Assembly: GCA_964016885.1 (NCBI GenBank)
Contig: OZ024742.1
Location: 37,572,001-37,636,000 of the forward strand
DNA from: Eledone cirrhosa
Lineage: Eukaryota
Reading direction: 5' to 3'
Length of the DNA stretch: 64,000 nucleotides
Shown here: piece after piece, positions 53,507 to 64,000 of the stretch
How positions within the stretch are numbered: the stretch's first letter is position 1
Layout of the letters: the number at the start of each line of letters is the position of its first letter
Made by a program: the position numbers and the translations under genes
Notes under the pieces: generated by a model
Databases searched by the model: none
What the model saw: the letters and a program-made list of their open reading frames with translations, nothing else
Told to the model about the DNA's origin: nothing

Positions 53507-54379
53507 TTCGATTTAAGTTGGCTAACCTCAAGCAACTTTTAAAAAGCCTCGAAGCCATTGAGCCTCATCAAGGTTTTTTATTCTTAGGAATTATTTGTCA
53601 ATTCCTAAGTTGTTATATTTCCTCAGATTTATATACTATTAGGACAAAAATAAATACCAGATAACACACAGACATCTTTGTTGTCTTCATATAAACTAAA
53701 TTTTACTGTTTATTTTACATTGTCTTATCCTTCTTAACACAAATCATTTTCTACATTATACACAATGGTTCAGCTGTTGGGCCCTGACTCTCCCTCCCTA
53801 ATATAGTTACACTCTACTATCCCAAGTATCGAGTAATCTGCTGAACAATGGTATTACTAGTTTAAAACTGCTAAAACACTGACCTCTTTCTCTCTCTCTC
53901 TTTCTCTCTCCATATATATATATATATAATAAAATGTTGTAGTTTACTTGAAACATTGTGTATAGTGTATAATGTAGAAAATAATTTGGTTAAAGAAGGA
54001 TAGGACAATGTGAAATGGACAGTAAAATTTAGTTAAATGAAGGCAATGAAGATGTTTGTGTGATACCTGGTATTCATTTTCTACATTATACACTATACAC
54101 AATGCTTCAAGCAAACTACAACATATATATAATTTTAAAAAAGGACAGATATAATATCAATAGTTTTATTTGTCTCATGCTTGAAAGGAAAAGGAAAGTT
54201 CACCATATTAGACATTAGTCCTTCATTAGAAGTAGTAGAAACACAAAGATGAGGTTCACAGATAGAAGATAAAAAGGAGGGGGGGGGGCATGTGAGTGTG
54301 TGTTTTTGCATTTAATTCTTTGTGTGTTTGTGTTGTTGGAGTGATGCATGTATGCCTGAGTGTATTAACATTGTATATA

Positions 54380-55987
54380 TTTAACGAAGGGTTAAAAATG
54401 AAAAGTTAGAATGGTTATATGTAGTTATTAGAAATGATTATAACAAGAATAATAGTTGTAAAGGTATAATAGGAATAGGTGTAATAACGAAAATATAAAG
54501 AATAAATGATTTTATTTTATTGGCCATGTTCGATATGCAGAAAAGGGACTGGCATAAATTCTATAAAATGCACACAATGCAGATCCTGGGTACACAAGAG
54601 ATGTAGCGTGATAGCAGGCAAACTAACAGGTAGGGAGAAATATGTATGCAGTAGATGTACAGGGAAATTAGACAGTAGAAGTCGCATTGATAGACACATT
54701 TTTCAAATGCAGGAGGGTGCTATAGAAGTGGTGGATAGCTTTTGGTACCTAGGAAATCAGAGTAGCATGAGAGGAGGGTGTTCCGGGGCCATAGTATCTA
54801 GAATAAGGACTGGTTGGAAGAAGTTTAGGGAGCTGCTGACGAAGAAGCGTTTCTCCCTGCGTACGAAAGGCCGGTTGTATGATGCCTGTGTGAGGAGTAA
54901 GATGCTGCATGGTAGTGAGACATGGGCAGCAACTGCAGAGGATATGCGACGGCTGGAGAGAAATGAGGCAAGCATGCTCCGTTGGATGTGCAGTGAAAAT
55001 GTGTGTGAACGACCCAGCATGAATGTGTTGAGAGAGAAACTGTGTCTGAGAGGGATAGAATGTAGTGTATGGGAGAGGAGACTGAGGTGGTATGGACATG
55101 TGATGCGCATGGAGGATGACCGATGGGTGAAGAAGTGCCAGGAAATGCCAGTTGAAGGAAGACGTGGTAGAGGTAGACCACGAAAAACATGGGCGGAGGT
55201 GATGAGAACAGACCTCAGATCGTTGAAGCTCATGGTGGAGATGACGAAGGACCGTGACGAGGGAGAGATGCTGTGCTGAATAAGACCCGTCCCACCCTTG
55301 CCAGCAGGGAAGAGCAGATGTAAAATGATGATGATGATGATGATGATATAGTTTACTTCACGTGAATCAATTAAAAAGTACATATAAAACAGTTACCAAG
55401 AGTTGTTATTGTTTCTGATGTGAGGCTGTTGTAATCTGTTGTTGTTGTTGGTGTGAAAGCAGCGAGCAACAGATAATTGTTGTTGTTGTTGGAATTTGGA
55501 GACCTTGGTAGTAGTTGTGTGACCGTGTTAGTAAAAGAGAGAGATATGGTATGTATATCTCGGAATGGTCTGTAGTAACTTTGAAACACTGTGGCCTGCA
55601 GACGGCGGTGAATCTTCCACATTTGTATTCTGTAGTAGTAGGGTTTCAATCGCTCTGGGTGTATCTGTAGACCTCATGGGGTCTGTTGAATAGTGGTGAA
55701 TCTTTACATAGCTAGTTGTGTATCCTAGCGCTTCGATATCTCTGTGTCTGTAGACCCTTTGGGTCTATTGATAGCAGTAAATCCTTACATAGCTTGTTAT
55801 AGGTGTAATGATCCGATGTATCTCCTATAGTGGGATAATAGCACAGGCTTTATATAACTATCGCTTCCTGTCCCCCACCTTGAGGGGATAGTCAACAAAT
55901 CAACCTGTCTGCACCAAAAGGGTGTTGACCCAGAATTTAACCTTTAGGTATCACCCAAAGTTCAAGGCGCGGACAGATTTCGTTACA
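54380..55987 (-). mobile_element. Solo LTR with nested RTE (duplicate of 40951-42553)
   Basis: Same termini and same insertion point in the first satellite unit. Confidence 0.75.
54520..55348 (+). mobile_element. 5'-truncated RTE LINE; frame still open (ORF 54506-55279)
   Basis: Same motifs as 41091-41916 plus in-frame GRRGRGRPRKTW; (GAT)n tail. Confidence 0.92.
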
Positions 55988-56840
55988 TATATATCTGGTT
56001 TGTCCATGTATGGCTGGGTGTATTAACATTGTATATATACCTGGTCTGTCCATATATGGCTGGGTGTATTAACATTGTATATATATCTGGTTTGTCCATA
56101 TATGGCTGGGTGTATTAACATTGTATATATACCTGGATCGTCCATATATGGCTGGGTGTATTAACATTGTATATAGACGTTGTTTATCCATATATGGCTG
56201 GGTGTATTAACATTGTATATATACCTGGTTTGTCCATATATGGCTGGGTGTATTAACATTGTATATATACCTGGTTTATCCATATATGGCTGGGTGTATT
56301 AACATTGTATATAAATCTGGTTTGTCCATATATGGCTGGGTGTATTAACATTGTATATATACCTGGTTTATCCATATATGGCTGGGTGTATTAACATTGT
56401 ATATATACCTGGTCTGTCCATATATGGCTGGGTGTATTAACATTGTATATATACCTGGTTTATCCATATATGGCTGGGTGTATTAACATTGTATATATAT
56501 CTGGTTTGTCCATATATGGCTGGGTGTATTAACATTGTATATATACCTGGTCTGTCCATATATGGCTGGGTGTATTAACATTGTATATATATCTGGTTTG
56601 TCCATATATGGCTGGGTGTATTAACATTGTATATATACCTGGTCTGTCCATATATGGCTGGGTGTATTAACATTGTATATAGATGTTGTTTATCCATATA
56701 TGGCTGGGTGTATTAACATTGTATATAGATGTTGTTTATCCATATATGGCTGGGTGTATTAACATTGTATATAGACCTGGTTTATCCATATATGGCTGGG
56801 TGTATTAACATTGTATATATATACCAGGTTTATCCATGTA
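55988..56840. repeat. 46-bp satellite array 4, about 18 units (plus partial unit 54347-54379)
   Basis: Same unit; almost all are the ccatatatgg variant. Confidence 0.97.
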
Positions 56841-57523
56841 ACAAACATATAAAAAAAAATGTGAAAAACACAACCTAACTCCAAAAGATGAAATAACAGG
56901 AGTAAAAATAAACATATCACGACCATTGCATCATCAATATATGATGCTAAGTAAGAATATGTGTGTACAAGTGTTGATATGTGTATGTTTATCAGTGTGT
57001 TTTAGCTTTTTGTTGTGTGTAATGTATCTGCATTTGTGAGTGTCATTTGGTGCATGTGTATTGGTTTGAACATAGATGGGACATTAGTGTGGGGCACAGT
57101 GGGGAAAGTAGATTAGATGAAGAAGGGCTGCGCATTCAGTCCATAGGGGTGGGGGCAATATATGCAGAAAAAAATGAACTTCAGTTCCCTCAGGTGGCGC
57201 GAGTTCATGGGTCCAGTGCAGGATGCCAGGCCAAAGACTGTTCCATTATCATATTGTAGAACATTTTGTAATGACAGTTAAAGAAAATCTCCAGCTCATG
57301 TTTGTCTGAGATAAAACAACAAAGATAATGTAGTTTGAAAACACAGCCTTTCTCCATTTATTTGTTCAGTTTTGAAAGATTTCATTGCATCAATAGTCTC
57401 ACAGTAATTCTATTGTGGCATGAAATAATAATTTGTACAAATTCTTCATTATTTTCTTGTTAGTGTCATGGAGCATTGCAATGGGTCAAACTACCACCCT
57501 TAGTGGATATTTCTTCATGAATA

Positions 57524-58693
57524 TCAGGATTTCTTACCCGTGTGAACATTTTTATGACGAGTTAAACTGTGATTATCAGCATATGATTTACCACAAATAT
57601 CACAACTATATGGTCTCTCACCTGTGTGACTACGTATGTGAAGTGTTAAATGACCTCTCTGAGAGAATGTTTTACCACAGGTATCACAGTGAAATGGTTT
57701 TTCACCTGTGTGAACACGTACATGTTGAGTTAAATGACTATTCTGTGAGAATGTTTTACCACAGGTATTACAATGGTATGGTTTCTCACCAGTGTGAGTA
57801 CGTATATGTCCAGTTAGTCTATCACTGGTAGAGAATGTTTTTGTACAGATATCACAGTGGTATGGTTTATCCCCAGTGTGAACTTGTACATGATTGGCTA
57901 AACTATTACATCCAGAGAAAGTTTTACCACAGCTATCGCAACGGTATGGTTTCTCACCACTGTGAATACGTTTGTGGTTAGTCATGTTTCCTCTCCCAGA
58001 GAACGTTTTCCCACAGATATCACAACGATGTGGTCTTTCCCTTGTGTGAACAGATCTGTGAACCTTTAAATAAGAACTTCGTGAGAATGTTTTACCACAA
58101 ACACCACACTGATATGGTTTTTCTCCTGTATGAATACGTATATGATGAGTTAAACTATTAAGCTGTGTGAATGATTTCCCACAGGTATCACAATGATATG
58201 GTTTCTCACCTGAGTGAGTATTTTTGTGTCTACTCAAATGTCCAAATTGTGTGAATCTTCTACCACAAATATCACAGTGGTAAGGCTTTTCATCAGTATG
58301 AATACGTTTGTGATTCGTTAAAGTACTGCTTTCTGAAAAGGTTTTGTCACAGATATCACATCTGTGTGCTTTTTTGCTTCTGTGAATACGTTTATGTCTA
58401 GTTAAATACGAATTCTGAGAGAATACTTTACCACAGATTAAACATTTAAAATCCTTCTGATCTGACTGAACACCTTTAGAATAAGAACGGTTTTTACCAG
58501 CTGTTTTGCTGTGCATTTTAGAATACTTCAGCTTTAAGCTTGTAAGAAGTACATTATATTGTGTGAATGTTTTCTTATGGATGTTAAAGTGATATGATTT
58601 CTTCTGTGTATCTCCACATGTCTCATGAGATATGTCGCTAGGTTCAGACTTAATTTCATCACAAACTGGTCTTTCACACACTTTATCCTCCAT
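57524..58693 (-). CDS. C2H2 zinc-finger protein, 11 fingers (copy 5, 389 aa)
   Basis: Intact ORF paralogous to the other copies. Confidence 0.95.
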   Translation of the reverse strand: MEDKVCERPVCDEIKSEPSDISHETCGDTQKKSYHFNIHKKTFTQYNVLLTSLKLKYSKMHSKTAGKNRSYSKGVQSDQKDFKCLICGKVFSQNSYLTRHKRIHRSKKAHRCDICDKTFSESSTLTNHKRIHTDEKPYHCDICGRRFTQFGHLSRHKNTHSGEKPYHCDTCGKSFTQLNSLTHHIRIHTGEKPYQCGVCGKTFSRSSYLKVHRSVHTRERPHRCDICGKTFSGRGNMTNHKRIHSGEKPYRCDSCGKTFSGCNSLANHVQVHTGDKPYHCDICTKTFSTSDRLTGHIRTHTGEKPYHCNTCGKTFSQNSHLTQHVRVHTGEKPFHCDTCGKTFSQRGHLTLHIRSHTGERPYSCDICGKSYADNHSLTRHKNVHTGKKS

Positions 58694-59787
58694 AATTTTC
58701 TTACAAATATTCTAAAAATGTTTGTTATTTTCAAATGTTTAACGCAGAATAATAAATTCTCTGAAACTTCCCAACAGAATCTTCATGTTAAATGTCTCTA
58801 TAATCTCAATTAAAATCAAAGTTACAGAGAACAGTTACTTGTATTCTCGATAATGTCAGTTTTCTGGTTTCAAACCCTGACAAATTTCTTGATATATCTT
58901 GAATCAACAATTACCATCTGAATGTCACCACAAACTCTGAAAAAAAAATATAAGGTAGAGAAAAGTTAACATAAAGATTATTAGTGATGGAGGAACTTGA
59001 TTAGAGACATTGAATGTTATATTAACAAAGATTAGAAAATATCTACAGAAGAAAGACACAACAGTATGGATATGTAGTGTAAATATATAATGTGATGTGA
59101 GGATGATGGACTTTAGAATGATGAAAATAATGGGATACACTGAGGGAGAAGGAAAAGCAGAATGTTTTTAGTGTGAGTGTATATGATCAGATACCTCAGG
59201 TACTCCATATGCATGAAAAATTGTAGTTCAGTGAAATGAAAATGAAATTTACAGCTCCCACCTATGTAGGTTTAGCTGGTCTCCTATAGGTTGTATCTCA
59301 GAAGAAGTTTCTTGAGTGGTTTAATGATAGGGGCTCCAGGTCTATCATGAAAAGTAACATGAAATAAAGTGTCCTGCTCAAGAATAAAACATCCTGCCCA
59401 GTCCAATAATTGAATCCATGACACCCAAACCACTCAGTGAGTATTAACATATCAATGTAAAGAGCATTAAATATGCTATCACTAAATATATTAGCTAATG
59501 ACTAATATAATTTTAACTGTTTCGGCAATGCTTGCTAAAAGATAGGAAAAAATGAGTATATTTTAATTAAAATGCAATAAAATATTGGCTTGTTAATTGG
59601 ATCTTGAATTCTATATGTTGTTTATGTTTCATATATTCTTTAGTTTTATTATTTTGTTAATCCAGTGAATGTTCAGGTTAATGCTAAAAATATTCAGATG
59701 ACATACTGGCCATACAGGCATTTGGTCAATACTCAGTGGATGATTCGGTTGGGCACAAAAAAGATTGAAATGAAAATGAGACATACC

Positions 59788-60897
59788 TTAACTGAGCAGT
59801 GAAAACATATCTCTTGCTCTCAGTAGTCTGTTAGTCAGTGTCACTTTAACAAAAGAAGTGAAAACACACGTCTGGTCCTTAACATTCAGTTGGTTAATGT
59901 CGCCTTAGCACTGAAAATATGAGCTCAGCGTTCAGGTATCTATTAGTGTCACTTTAGATGAGCAGTAAAAACACATCTAGCCCTCAGCATTGAAAACACA
60001 CCCCGGGTCTTCAGCAGTTAGTTAGTCAGTATTGCGTTAGCTGAGCAGTGAAAAAACAGCTTTCACCCTAAGCAATTTTTTAACCAGTGTCACCTTAGTC
60101 AAACAATCAAAACTCACCTCTGGCATTCAACAGCCTGTTAATCAGTGTTGCTTTAGCTGAGCAATGAAAACACACTTCTGGTTCTGAGCACTTTGTTAGT
60201 CAGTGTTACGTTAGCTGAGCAGTGGAAACTCACCTCTGGCCCTTGGCAGTCTGGTAGCTAATGTTGCCTTAGCTGAGAAATGAAAATGCAACTCTGGCAC
60301 TGTGCAGCCAAAGTCTGTAAGTCGGTGTTGCTTTACCTGAGCAATGAAAACTTATGTCTAGCCCTCAAAAGTCAGCAGCCTGTTAATTAAAGTCCCATTA
60401 GCTGAGCAGTGAAAACATGACTCTGGCCCTCAGCAGGCTTTTAGCGAGAGTTACCTTAGCTGAGAAGTAAAAACACACTTCTGGCCTACAACTGTCTGTT
60501 AATCAGTGATGCTTTAGCTGAAAGTTGAAAACACTCCTAGCACTAAACAATTAGTGCAGGTATGAGCAACCTTTTTTCGAGTAGTGGGTTGCATAGGATG
60601 TGGCTCATCATAAGGCAAACTGCACCACTAAAGAATCCATTTTGAAATTAGGTGTGTAGGTGTATCACTCACAAAGCCAAACGGGTCGCAGTTTGGCCAT
60701 GACTGTATTAGTGTATACTTAACTGAGCAGTGAAAACATGCACCAGAGCCTCAGCTGTCTATTAGTCAGCGTCACATTAGCTGAGCAGTGAAAACACACC
60801 TCCGTCTCTCAGTATTCAGCAGCCTGTTAGTAAGTGTCACATCAGATGAGCACTGCAAACACGCCTGGTCGTCAGTAGTTTGTTAATCAGTGTCATC
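59788..60897. repeat. 58-bp diverged tandem repeat (cassette D)
   Basis: Almost identical to 48928-50037. Confidence 0.88.
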
Positions 60898-61913
60898 CAG
60901 ATAACCAGGTGGCGAGATACTTCAGATGATTTTATCACAGCATATCCACTAACTTTTCTGGTGACCAGTGTACAGCTAGCCTTTCTTTCATTGTATGGTT
61001 TCTGAATTAGGAACAAAGTCAGCAATTTAATGGGAGGGGAAAGTCGATTATATCGACTCCGGTAGTTGACTGGCATCGAGTCGAAAGGATGAAAGGCAAA
61101 GTTAACCTCAGCAGGATTATAACATATAAGAATAAAATGAGTCTGTGCTGTGTTCTGGAGAATTTATGTCAACGAACAGTTACTATTGGAACTAACTGAA
61201 TTTTAATTAACGTATCACTATCGTGAATTATCATGATACCGCTGTTCTGATGTTTTGTATGTGTAATTAAAGTATATATAATCAAACACATTGAACACAA
61301 GATAAACACACGTGTGAGCGTGTGTTTGTGCAAACACACGAAGATATTGTCAAAAGATTAACTATGGGGGTCTAAAATATAGGAAGATTCATTACAAACT
61401 GATTTGGTTGAAATGAAACTGTTGTCAAAGAAAGAATAACAATGGAGGGGAACATTAGGACACTATGTCACAATTAATAACAAATACATCAATGTTACCA
61501 TGAATAGTGGTGTTAAATAGTTTATAAAATTCAACATTACTGGTGTTTACTTTTCAATAGAGATTAAAACAATGTAAAGAACAGCTCACCATCAATACAT
61601 ACTGTGGGTTGTTGTTACAGTAGAGATGTTTACACTAGAAATACTAAAACATCATATTTAACAACATATCAAATTACTGTGTATCTTTCTCGCTATTTAG
61701 TTAAATAATGTTAAGAGATAAATGGATTTGTGGATATTTACTCACATTAGGTATCTCTCATGTGCTTATTTAACGAATAATACTGACGACACAGAAGAAA
61801 TTTAGTCATATACATTGCTACAGACATAACTAATGCATCGAATCATCAGCCGTTTTTCGTATAAGACTTTTAATTCTCTTACCTAACGGTGTACCGAACG
61901 AAGTACTGTAGGC

Positions 61914-62776
61914 CAGTGCTTCTCAAACTACCTGATGTGGCGGACGGGCATTTTTTTTTCAATGTGCCACGTACTGCTAATATTTCGTAGTAATATTAAT
62001 TTATACCGGAAATGATATATATAATGAATATAATAAAAGTTGACAATTTTTTTATCTTCTATTTATTCTGTAAACAATAATACAATATCAAAACATATAA
62101 AAAAAATAATAAGCAGTTTATTAACACAAAAATAAAAAAAATTATATAACCTTAATCTTTACTAGTATGAAAGGTGAACCTGCTTCTTTTTTTACTGTTA
62201 AGAATTAATCAGGCTATTTTAAGCGTGAGAAAACAGTTACACTAAGGGAAGAAATAATTTATTTGAGGATACGGGCCGAAGTAAAGGGAGCATGGTTTTG
62301 AATGGAGACTAAAGTATCATTCGGCGGCATTACAATATCACAAATATACTACATTTACTTACATAATCTCTACCACAGCCGGTAAGTACCACGCGTCACC
62401 ACCGGCCAACTGATAAGTTGTTTACTTACTGCAGTAGGTCGTTTAGTCACCGAAACTGATGCTGCACGGTCCATTTTCTATTATTTGACTTTCTTTCTTT
62501 CTTTCTTCATAGAAAACTATGATATATTATCAACTTATATTTTTACTATCAGCTTAATTTACCTATTATTGTCATATAATTTTCACTCCCAGTTTTCATT
62601 GCATCAGGACAAATTACTGAAACTAGCAGTCACAGCCTAAAATTTCCTTGAAATTCCTTAGATTTTACCAATTCCTCAAATCATTCCTTAGCATTGCCTC
62701 GAAACTGGCCCTGTACCGGTAGCTGATGGCTCGCGTACCGGCACCGGTCAGCGAACCACCACTTTGAGTAGCACTG
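61914..62776 (-). mobile_element. Non-autonomous Charlie-like hAT, 863 bp (duplicate of 51059-51965)
   Basis: Same TIRs and CTGTAGGC TSD; different subterminal repeat block. Confidence 0.9.
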
Positions 62777-62835
62777 CTGTAGGCAACATCTCTTTTACAT
62801 ACTACATTTATGAAGAATGTCATCATTGGGTCAAT

Positions 62836-62839
<4 letters not shown>

Positions 62840-62894
<55 letters not shown>
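62840..62894. repeat. (TA)n microsatellite
   Basis: About 27 TA units versus about 7 at the paralogous site ~52029-52043. Confidence 0.95.
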
Positions 62895-62895
<1 letters not shown>

Positions 62896-63282
62896 GATAT
62901 ATTAACAAATGGAAACTATATTTATAAAACCATATTTATTTCATTATACATATTTCAAGGACACCCAGTTAAATTATGGTGTGTTTCATCAGATAAAATA
63001 TAATATAGCGCAGTTTTATAAATAAATAAATATTGACATACCTTTAAAGAATGCGACCATTTCTGTTGGAAGCTCCCGGATAGTGGGGTTATATCCGGGA
63101 GCTTCCAACAGAAATGGTCGCATTCTTTAAGGGTATGTCAATATTTATTTATTTATAAAACTGCTCTATATTATATTTTATCTGATGAAAGCACACCATA
63201 ATTTAACTTGGTGTCCTTGAAATATGTATAATGAAATAAATATGGTTTTATAAATATAGTTTCCATTTGTTAATATATCGTA
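62893..63282. mobile_element. Foldback/MITE-like long palindrome: 190-bp arms, 9-bp loop
   Basis: 62893-63082 is the reverse complement of 63092-63282 with about 4 mismatches; loop gtggggtta; TA at both ends. Confidence 0.85.
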
Positions 63283-63384
63283 GTTTTACTCCAATAGTTT
63301 GTTGAGTGCTTTATATCAGTTATAAAAATATTTGCTTGTTGTATCCCAACAATTTAAATAGAACTTCTACATATATATATATAT

Positions 63385-63499
63385 ATAGGAACGAGTTGGA
63401 CCCCGACGGCTGAGCTCAACCGTTTCGACGGCTAATTCTGGACTGAATTAGCCGTCGAAACGGCTTGAGCTCAGCTGTCGGGGTCCTACTCGTTCCTAT
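63385..63499. mobile_element. GC-rich hairpin MITE-like element, ~54-bp arms, 6-bp loop
   Basis: ataggaacgagttggaccccgacggctgagctcaaccgtttcgacggctaattc-tggact-gaattagccgtcgaaacggcttgagctcagctgtcggggtcctactcgttcctat; flanked by TA, next to a (TA)n tract. Confidence 0.75.
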
Positions 63500-64000
63500 T
63501 ACCCACTCTACTACCCTAAGTATTGAGTACTTTGGTGCGTTATGGTTCATCTGGTGCCTTACCACATTTCCTTTGTTATATATATATAAGAAAGTAAGTC
63601 CATAGAATCATTTGATAAAATATATACAGTATTTCTCCTCCCAATCAGCATAATTAACCACACAAAAAATCAATTAAATGAGGCTATAAGTTTAAAATGT
63701 ACCTATGAAGAAACAGTAGATAAATAAATGATACCTATTTTATCCGCGATCAACAGCCACAGAAGATTTACCTAGTATTTCCAATAGCCCGTAGAAATTG
63801 ATTAGACACATAGCCAACCATACACAATTAGGTACGAAATCAAAGTTAGAAGAAAAAATGTACATAAACATACCAAAATTATGTTTCTACCCCATGGTGT
63901 TTCATTCGCTTTTTGGAAATATCCAATCATGGATAAATTCACGAGTTTCGAAATCATCAGGAAACAAACTCAATTGGACAAAGATTTTTCTTAAATGATC

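Noticed and set aside
54506-55279. Functional or domesticated 257-aa gene
   Set aside because: A 5'-truncated RTE lacking the RT core; its ATG comes from the flanking LTR and the sister copy is frameshifted
63503-63532. Short similarity to 9081-9110 (actctacta.cc.aagtat.gagta)
   Set aside because: Only about 25 bp; too short to claim another cassette

Overview
Eukaryotic, AT-rich, repeat-dense DNA. The single-coding-exon C2H2 genes, Deu/Nin-type SINEs and RTE-tail SINEs suggest an octopus or other coleoid cephalopod, but this is inferred. The window holds a tandem array of five minus-strand C2H2 zinc-finger paralogs: one with 12 fingers, three with 11, and one frameshifted pseudogene. Copies 2-5 each lie in a duplicated cassette with a core of about 9-10 kb. 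Left to right, a cassette contains a degenerate CRE-clade non-LTR fragment with a PHD finger, a 46-bp satellite array (from under 10 to about 284 units), a spacer, the ZNF 3'UTR and ORF, a putative intron with a diverged 58-bp repeat, a hAT MITE and a SINE, and a putative non-coding first exon. Individual cassettes carry private insertions with readable target-site duplications: a solo LTR, a non-autonomous LTR element, a solo LTR with a nested RTE, a CR1 LINE and a Charlie-like hAT. The cassette 4/5 junction falls at the tip of a 390-bp foldback palindrome whose intact copy lies near the right end. Coordinates were read by eye; family calls rest on recognised motifs, not database searches.
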